Shown piece by piece: positions 57,747 to 64,000 of a stretch of DNA of 64,000 bases; positions within the stretch are counted from its first letter, which is position 1, and every line of letters begins with the position of its first letter. The notes below the pieces were generated by a model. That model was not told where the DNA came from. It did no database searches and was given only the letters and a program-made list of their open reading frames with translations. The DNA is from Alphaproteobacteria bacterium (GTDB taxonomy: Bacteria; Pseudomonadota; Alphaproteobacteria; VGEJ01), in contig CBDDBU010000028.1 in the NCBI GenBank assembly GCA_965226045.1, forward strand, positions 193,387-257,386, in the 5' to 3' direction. Made by a program: the position numbers and the translations under genes.

Positions 57747-59427
57747 CAGCCTGTCGGACTTGAGCCGGGAGTCGAAATAGGATTCGATGGTATCAGTTGA
57801 TTTGCCCGCGCGTGATGGAGGCCGTCATGAGCAATTTCCGACCGGTCGACCGGGAGACGGGGTTTCTGCTGCCGCCGTCGGTGGAGGAATGGCTTCCCGA
57901 GCGGCATCTGGCGCGCTTCGTGGTCGAGGTGATCGAGCAGTTGGACCTCTCGGCGTTCGTGAAGGCCTATCGCGGCTCGGGCTCGGCGTCCTATCACCCG
58001 AGCATGCTGCTGGGGCTTCTGGTCTACGGCTACGCCACGGGGGTGTTTTCGAGCCGCAAGTTGGAGCGCGCGACCTATGATTCTGTCGCTTTCCGCTTCA
58101 TCGCGGCCAACGATCATCCCGACCACGATACCATCGCCGCGTTCCGGCGGCGTTTTCTCGACCGGATCGAAGGGCTGTTCGTCGAGGTGCTGCTGCTGGC
58201 CCGGGAAGCCGGGGTGCTGAAGCTCGGCACGGTGGCGCTGGACGGCACCAAGGTGCACGCCAACGCGAGCCGGCACAGCGCGCTGTCGTGGAAACACGCC
58301 TGCGAGCTCGAAGCCCGGTTGAAGGCCGAGGTGGCGGAGTTGATGGCGTTGGCGGAGGCGGCCGATGGGGCGGATGTGCCCGACGGGATGTCGGTGCCCG
58401 AGGAACTGGCCCGGCGCGAGGATCGTCTGGCCCGCATCGCCGAGGCTAAGGCGGTGATCGAGGCGCGGGCGCGCGAACGCCTTGAGCGGGAACGGGCCGA
58501 GTACGAGGCGAAGCTCGAGGCGCGCGCGGAGAAGGCCGAGAAGACGGGCCGCAAGCCGGGCGGCCGTCCACCCGAGCCGCCGGTGGCCGGGCCCGGGCCG
58601 AAGGACCAGGTCAATCTGACCGACGCGGACTCGCGCATCATGCCGGTGGCCGGCGGCGGCTTCGAACAGGCCTACAACGCCCAAGCCCTGGTGGCGGCCG
58701 ACAGCCTGCTGGTGGTCACCAACGACGTGGTCCAGGCCCCCAACGACAAGCGGCAAATCGAGCCGGCGCTGGAAGCGCTCGCCCGCCTTCCCGAGGCGCT
58801 GGGCGCGCCCGAGACCCTGCTGGCGGACAGCGGCTACTTCAGCGAGGCCAACGTGAACGCCTGCGCCGAGGCCGAGATCGCGCCGTTGATCACGCCCGGC
58901 CGGGAACGCCATCATCTCTCCTGGAAGGACCGCTTCGCCGGCGCGCCGCCGCCCCCGGAGAACCCGACGCCGCTGGAAGCGATGACACATCGACTGGCGA
59001 CGCCCGAGGGCCGGCAACTCTACGCCCTGCGCAAGCAAACGCCGGAACCGGTGTTCGGCATCATCAAATCGGCCATGGGCTTCCGCCAGTTCTCGCTACG
59101 CGGCCTGGACAAGGTCACGGGCGAATGGAACCTGGTGACCCTGGCCTGGAACATAAAGAGAATGTTCACCTTGCAATACGCTTGAGCAGGCGGCCGGACT
59201 CCGTACCTCGCGAAAAGGAATAAGAGTATGCTCGCCTTGCGGCACGCGCGAGCAAGCGAACGTACTTCGTGCCCTCACGAGAGGGCATAAGAGTATACTC
59301 ACCCTGCGGTACGCGCGGCCAAGCGACCGCACTCCGTGTCCTCACGAAAGGCGCTCGATCCCATGACCTCTCCACATCGCGATCCGTCCACACCCATTCT
59401 CGCGGACCTCAGTCCGACAGGCTGCTA
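57744..59427 (+). mobile_element. IS5-superfamily (IS1182-like) insertion sequence, complete copy C
   Basis: Same 1.68-kb unit and IRs as copy B, CTAG at both junctions. Confidence 0.85.
57797..59185 (+). CDS. DDE transposase, IS1182/IS5-superfamily
   Basis: 462 aa identical to copy B ORF. Confidence 0.85.
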   Translation: MICPRVMEAVMSNFRPVDRETGFLLPPSVEEWLPERHLARFVVEVIEQLDLSAFVKAYRGSGSASYHPSMLLGLLVYGYATGVFSSRKLERATYDSVAFRFIAANDHPDHDTIAAFRRRFLDRIEGLFVEVLLLAREAGVLKLGTVALDGTKVHANASRHSALSWKHACELEARLKAEVAELMALAEAADGADVPDGMSVPEELARREDRLARIAEAKAVIEARARERLERERAEYEAKLEARAEKAEKTGRKPGGRPPEPPVAGPGPKDQVNLTDADSRIMPVAGGGFEQAYNAQALVAADSLLVVTNDVVQAPNDKRQIEPALEALARLPEALGAPETLLADSGYFSEANVNACAEAEIAPLITPGRERHHLSWKDRFAGAPPPPENPTPLEAMTHRLATPEGRQLYALRKQTPEPVFGIIKSAMGFRQFSLRGLDKVTGEWNLVTLAWNIKRMFTLQYA

Positions 59428-59555
59428 GACCGGCGCCCCCTGGATCGAACGCCGCCTAACCTCACCAACCCAGGCGGATGCTTGCGCCGATGGCACCAGG
59501 GGCACAACGGTGATGATGTATATCCGCTATCCGCTGTCGCTGCGCCCGGTTGACG

Positions 59556-60452
59556 CTATCGTCCCATATCGACGGGGCGGCCCATTAAGCCCTGAGGCCG
59601 ATAGAACAGGATCGCGATGACAATGACGATGGTGATCGCCTCGCGATACTCGAGCAGCGAGCGCGGCAGGTAGGCGCGCAGGAACACCTCGACCAGACCT
59701 AACAGGAAGCCGCCCACGACCGCGCCCGGCAGGCTGCCGAGCCCGCCGAGAATCACGGCGATGAACGCCTTTAACACCGGGACCAGGCCCATCGCCGGCC
59801 GCACCCCGCCAGCTTGCGCCACCCATAACATGCCCGCGACCCCGGCCAGCACGCCGGAGAGGGCGAAAGCCGTCGCGATGACGGCGTTGGCGCGAATGCC
59901 CATCAGCCGGGTGGTCTGAAAATCGACCGAGGCGGCGCGCATCGCCAACCCGAGCATGGTCCAGCGCAGGAAAACGGTGAGGCCGACCAGCAGCAGCACC
60001 GTCGCGACGATCGACAATGCCTGAATCGAGCCGATGACCAGCTCGCCGATGGAGAGCGCCTCCTTGAAGAATGCGGGTGTGACGATCGCCTTGCCACGCG
60101 GGCTGATCGCGTTTTGAAACAGAATCTGCAGCAGCGCCGAAATGGCGAAGCTCGTCAGCAGCATCGATGCCGGGCTCGCGTCGCGCACCGGGCGAAACCC
60201 GATCCGTTCCATTAGGACCGCCGCAAGCGCGGTCACGAGAATACCAAGGGCGACGGCCGGCCAGAACGGCAGGGCGAACACGACGAGTCCGGCCAAGATC
60301 GAGTAGCCGCAGATCGTCAAGAGCTCGCCGTGCGCGAAGTTGATCAGCCCCAGGATACCGAACACCAAGGCGAGCCCGAGAGCCAGCAACGCGTAGACGC
60401 CACCGAGGGCGAGCGCGTTGATCAGGTTTTGGAGAAGCTCGCCCACGTTCAA
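59556..60452 (-). CDS. livH: Branched-chain amino acid ABC transporter permease LivH
   Basis: 298 aa, LivH-type TM profile. Confidence 0.85.
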   Translation of the reverse strand: MNVGELLQNLINALALGGVYALLALGLALVFGILGLINFAHGELLTICGYSILAGLVVFALPFWPAVALGILVTALAAVLMERIGFRPVRDASPASMLLTSFAISALLQILFQNAISPRGKAIVTPAFFKEALSIGELVIGSIQALSIVATVLLLVGLTVFLRWTMLGLAMRAASVDFQTTRLMGIRANAVIATAFALSGVLAGVAGMLWVAQAGGVRPAMGLVPVLKAFIAVILGGLGSLPGAVVGGFLLGLVEVFLRAYLPRSLLEYREAITIVIVIAILFYRPQGLMGRPVDMGR

Positions 60453-61162
60453 ACGTCGGCCAGGCCCATATAGGCGCGTTCGACCCCGCTCGAGGCCGCG
60501 AGCTCGTCCGCGGTTCCGGCCATGGCGACCTCGCCGTTGCGCAAGACATAGCCGCGATCGGCGATCTCCAGCGCCAGGTCGACACTCTGCTCGACGAGAA
60601 GGATCGTCAGGCCGCCGTCCCGCAAGCGCGGGATCAGCTCGAAGATCGCATCCACCACCTGTGGCGCCAGCCCAAGCGAGGGCTCGTCCAACAACAACAG
60701 CCGTGGCCGCGACATCAACGACCGTGCGATGGCCAGCATCTGCTGCTCGCCGCCTGAGAGGGTCCCGGCCAGCTGCGAACGCCGCTCCGCCAAAACCGGG
60801 AACAGCGCGAACATCTCGTCGCGGGTCTTCTCCACGCCGTCGCGATCGCGCCGGGTCGCGCGGCCGAGCGCTAGGTTTTCATCGATTGTGAGGTTGGGAA
60901 ACACATGCCGCCCTTCGGGCGTGAGGGTCATGCCGAGGCGGACGATCCGCTCCGGCGCGAGTCCGGCGATGGGGCGCGCCTCGAACGAGACATCGCCACT
61001 CGCCATCGGCACCAGCCCCATCAGCGCACTCAAGGTAGAACTCTTGCCCGCACCGTTGGCTCCGAGCAGCGCGACGATCTCGCCTTCGGAGACTGCGAGG
61101 CTCAAGCCGTGCACCGCCTGTACGGCGCCATACGACACCGCGAGATCGGAAACGGTGAGCAT
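60449..61162 (-). CDS. livF: Branched-chain amino acid ABC transporter ATP-binding protein LivF
   Basis: Walker A GANGAGKSS, signature LSGGEQQML, Walker B LLLLDEPS. Confidence 0.9.
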   Translation of the reverse strand: MLTVSDLAVSYGAVQAVHGLSLAVSEGEIVALLGANGAGKSSTLSALMGLVPMASGDVSFEARPIAGLAPERIVRLGMTLTPEGRHVFPNLTIDENLALGRATRRDRDGVEKTRDEMFALFPVLAERRSQLAGTLSGGEQQMLAIARSLMSRPRLLLLDEPSLGLAPQVVDAIFELIPRLRDGGLTILLVEQSVDLALEIADRGYVLRNGEVAMAGTADELAASSGVERAYMGLADV

Positions 61163-61193
61163 CTCGGTGCGGGCAAAAGCGGTTACAGGCGAC

Positions 61194-62393
61194 CTACTCG
61201 TTGTCGACCGTATAGTTCACGGCCGACGGCGCCACCAAGTCGCCAGCCGGATCAACTTTGGCGAAGCCGACGCGCTGACTGCTCTTGACGCCGACGATGT
61301 AGACCGACCGGATGGGGTTGCGTTCGGTGCCCTTGAAGGTGATTGGACCCGTCACGCCGGGCCAATTCTCCAAGTTGGCGAACGCCGATTTGATCTTGGC
61401 CCGATCCAGCACACCCGCGTTCTCCACCGCCGCCGCGATGGCCTTCACGAGCTCGTAGGCAAGGACGTAGTTCGCCGCGCTCACCTTGTCCCCGGTGCGC
61501 TTTTCGTAGCGGTCGAAAAAGTCGGCGACGTCGGCCGACAGCGACGGATCGGCGCCGGTGGTCAACACGAAGCCTTCCGAGACATCGCCGAGCGCGAAGG
61601 TGGACGCACTGTCGGCGCCGTCACTCCCCACCACCGCGGTCTTGATTCCGGCCTGGCGCAGTTGAGTCAGAAAGGCGCCGATGTCGGGATCGAAGGCCGA
61701 GGTGTGGATCACGTCGGGCTCCTGGTCGAGGTTCTTGATCTTTGTGACCTCGGCGCTGAAGTCTTGCTGCTCGAGGCTGTAGACGCCCCAGCCCACGACC
61801 TCGCCGCCGAGCTTCTCGAACGACCAGGCGAAGTAACCCGGCAGAAGTTCGGTATACGGAATATCATGCGACACCAGCAGATATGCCGTGCGGTAACCCT
61901 GGTCCCACGCGTACTGGGCCATCGCCGCGCCTTGTAGATTGTCGGCCGTGAACCACGTGAACAGGCTGTCGCCGACCATCGCCGGCAGCGTCGGACTGGA
62001 CGCCGATGACGACACGGTGAGGATGCCCAACGGATGGGTGACCTGGGCCACCGCTACCGAGGGATCGACATCGGTGGGCGAGATCACCACATGCGCCCCC
62101 CAATCCGCCATCTCCTGGGCGCACACGGCGCTCGCCGGCACCTCCGAGCGAATGTCTTGCACTCGATAGTCGATCTTCCACTTGCCGGCTATGCCGCCGG
62201 CCGCGTTGATCTCGTCGACCGCCATTTGGGCGCCGTTGGCATTGGGCTCACCGACAATGCCCAAATTGCCGGAGATGCCCTCGCAGAAGCCGAGCTTCAA
62301 GTCCTCGGTCTGGGCCTCGATGGCAAGGCCCATTGTTAGGGTAAATGCGGCAACCGTACCCACCGATCTCGCGAACGTTGTCAGTCGTCTCAT
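61194..62393 (-). CDS. ABC transporter substrate-binding protein (LivJ/K-like, periplasmic binding protein type I)
   Basis: 399 aa with signal peptide; Peripla_BP_6-like. Confidence 0.8.
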   Translation of the reverse strand: MRRLTTFARSVGTVAAFTLTMGLAIEAQTEDLKLGFCEGISGNLGIVGEPNANGAQMAVDEINAAGGIAGKWKIDYRVQDIRSEVPASAVCAQEMADWGAHVVISPTDVDPSVAVAQVTHPLGILTVSSSASSPTLPAMVGDSLFTWFTADNLQGAAMAQYAWDQGYRTAYLLVSHDIPYTELLPGYFAWSFEKLGGEVVGWGVYSLEQQDFSAEVTKIKNLDQEPDVIHTSAFDPDIGAFLTQLRQAGIKTAVVGSDGADSASTFALGDVSEGFVLTTGADPSLSADVADFFDRYEKRTGDKVSAANYVLAYELVKAIAAAVENAGVLDRAKIKSAFANLENWPGVTGPITFKGTERNPIRSVYIVGVKSSQRVGFAKVDPAGDLVAPSAVNYTVDNE

Positions 62394-64000
62394 CGCTCTT
62401 CCTCCTTTTGCACCGCGTCTGACGCGGCCTTCCTATTTCGACGCCCCAGGTACGCTTCGACGACCCGGGGATCGCTCTGCACCGCCGAGGGCGATCCCGT
62501 GGCGATGCGCTCGCCTTTGTTGAGGACCACCACCCGGTCGCACAGCCTCATGATCAGCCTAAGGTCGTGGTCAACAACCAGAAGACCGATGCCGTAGCAA
62601 CGACGGATGCTGTCGAGCCGGTCGAGCAGCTCGTCGGATTCGATCTGGTTCATGCCGGCGCCCGGCTCGTCGAGCAGCAAATAACGCGGTTCGAGGGCCA
62701 TCGCGCGCGCGATCTCCAGCCGCCGTTGCGGTCCATAGGCGAGCGTGCCGGCCATCCGATCCTCTAGACCGGCGAGCCCGAACCCGTGCAAGAGATGGCG
62801 CGCACGCGCCTCGACATCGCGGGAACTCCCCGCTGCCGCGACCGTCACGTTCTCCAGCACCGTCATGTTGCGGAACAGACGGACGTTTTGGAAGGTGCGC
62901 CCGATTCCATGGCGGGCGATGTCGTGAGCACGCCACCCGGTGATATCGACACCATCGAGTATGAAGCGGCCAGCATCGGGGCTGAGGGCGCCCGCGATCA
63001 GGTTCAGCAACGTCGTCTTGCCCGACCCGTTCGGGCCGATCAGCCCGAGAATTTCACCGGGCCGCAGCGATAAACTCACACGGTCGACCGCCTGCAGCCC
63101 GCCGAACGATACCGCCGCGTCCTCGGCAACCAGGGCGCGGTCGCCGACCGGCGGCGGGGCCACAACCTCCGATCCGAGCGGCCCCGCCGCGCTCGGCTCG
63201 GCCGGCGTGGTGGGCCCCGATACCGCGCGTCGCCAGCGGGCAATGTGTTCATCGAGTTCGAGATAACCCATCACGCCCTCGCGGCGGAAATACATCACCA
63301 GCAAGATGGCGATGCTCAGGCCGCCGGTCGTCAGCCCGAAGACTTGGCCGACCTCGATCGGTCCCAGCTCAAAGCCGGTCTCGACCCGGCGCAGGATCTC
63401 GATCACCAACGTGATCACGATGGTGCCGACGACGGCGCCCGAAATGGTCCTCATGCCGCCGACGATCAGCATGGCCAGCAGTTGGAAAGTGAGAATTAAA
63501 TAGAAGCCCTTGGGCGAGATGACCCCGAGGTAGTGGCCAAGCAGGACGCCGGCCACGGCCGCGACGAGTGCGCTCACGACCCACGCGGCAAGCCGCTGCC
63601 TCGGCACATCGACGCCGATCGAGCGCGCCGCGAGCTCGTCCTCGCGTGAAGCGCGCAACTCGCGGCCGGGCCGGGTGTCGCGGTAGACACGGCCCACGAC
63701 GATGGCGACCGCGGCCCAAAAGAATACGGTCAACACGTCGACGGAGGCCGGCAGCCCATAGACTGCTCGCGGGCCGCGGGTGAACTCGTCAGCGCCGATG
63801 ATGACGGCGTGGACCACGACGAGGAACGCGAAGGTGGCGATGGAGGCGGCGATCCCGGCCATTCGCGCGATCGGCAGGCCGACGATGAACGCGACAGCGC
63901 CGACGATCACGACGGTGATCAGGATCGCCGACCACATGTCGGTGTGGAGCTCGACAAAAAACGGCGGCAGCTTCGGCAGAACGCTTTTGATGTTCTCCGG
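62390..64000 (-). CDS. Fused LivM-type permease + LivG-type ATPase (5' end beyond window)
   Basis: N-terminal TM part then Walker A GPNGSGKTT, signature YGPQRRLEIARAM, Walker B LLLDEPGAG; frame open to window end. Confidence 0.8.
   Translation of the reverse strand, partial: PENIKSVLPKLPPFFVELHTDMWSAILITVVIVGAVAFIVGLPIARMAGIAASIATFAFLVVVHAVIIGADEFTRGPRAVYGLPASVDVLTVFFWAAVAIVVGRVYRDTRPGRELRASREDELAARSIGVDVPRQRLAAWVVSALVAAVAGVLLGHYLGVISPKGFYLILTFQLLAMLIVGGMRTISGAVVGTIVITLVIEILRRVETGFELGPIEVGQVFGLTTGGLSIAILLVMYFRREGVMGYLELDEHIARWRRAVSGPTTPAEPSAAGPLGSEVVAPPPVGDRALVAEDAAVSFGGLQAVDRVSLSLRPGEILGLIGPNGSGKTTLLNLIAGALSPDAGRFILDGVDITGWRAHDIARHGIGRTFQNVRLFRNMTVLENVTVAAAGSSRDVEARARHLLHGFGLAGLEDRMAGTLAYGPQRRLEIARAMALEPRYLLLDEPGAGMNQIESDELLDRLDSIRRCYGIGLLVVDHDLRLIMRLCDRVVVLNKGERIATGSPSAVQSDPRVVEAYLGRRNRKAASDAVQKEEER

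Noticed and set aside
1-64000. CRISPR arrays, rRNA and tRNA genes
   Set aside because: No regularly spaced short repeats, no rRNA-like conserved stretches and no obvious tRNA cloverleaf candidates found by eye in intergenic regions; cannot exclude a tRNA without a dedicated scan.

Overview
High-GC (~65-68%) chromosomal window, probably from an alphaproteobacterium (Rhizobiales-like). The support for that placement is the GAAC-N7-GAAC SOS box, the imuA-imuB-dnaE2 cassette, oxc-frc, and Liv/Dpp-type ABC systems. Dense, mostly non-overlapping gene set. Main content follows.

(i) Three identical, same-orientation copies of an IS5-superfamily (IS1182-like) insertion sequence: 1-1475 (partial at the window edge), 46820-48504 and 57744-59427. 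Copies B and C bracket a ~9 kb nest of other IS transposases (IS1595/ISXO2-like, IS256, IS66 TnpC fused in an operon with a Dam-like D12 methyltransferase) and a field of decayed genes (alpha/beta hydrolase, allantoate-amidohydrolase-like, cytochrome-c-peroxidase-like).

(ii) Metabolic genes: oxalate catabolism (oxc-frc); a split TPP decarboxylase (ComD/ComE-like) with an adjacent beta-hydroxyacid dehydrogenase; TenA; Zn-ADH; an N,N-dimethylformamidase large-subunit (DmfA2) homologue; aminotransferase; a DUF2817 (M14-like) protein; a Dpp-type peptide ABC importer followed by three tandem DUF1028 (Ntn-hydrolase-like) paralogues and an AtzG/GatC-like small protein + amidase pair; MFS; QueF; a sugar ABC importer; a TPR + 2OG-oxygenase-like protein; CysQ; SDR.

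(iii) An SOS mutagenesis cassette imuA-imuB-dnaE2 with an upstream LexA box and an unexpected orphan ribbon-helix-helix (FitA/VapB-like) ORF wedged between imuB and dnaE2.

(iv) Further features: a frameshifted remnant of a giant SBBP/cadherin-like-repeat adhesin, truncated by the IS; a ~600 bp low-GC island carrying a cupin gene and a G13 tract; several G/C homopolymer tracts, one sitting exactly on a frameshift.

No rRNA, tRNA or CRISPR array was recognised. Coordinates of starts are best estimates from reading frames and RBS-like motifs; no database search could be run.
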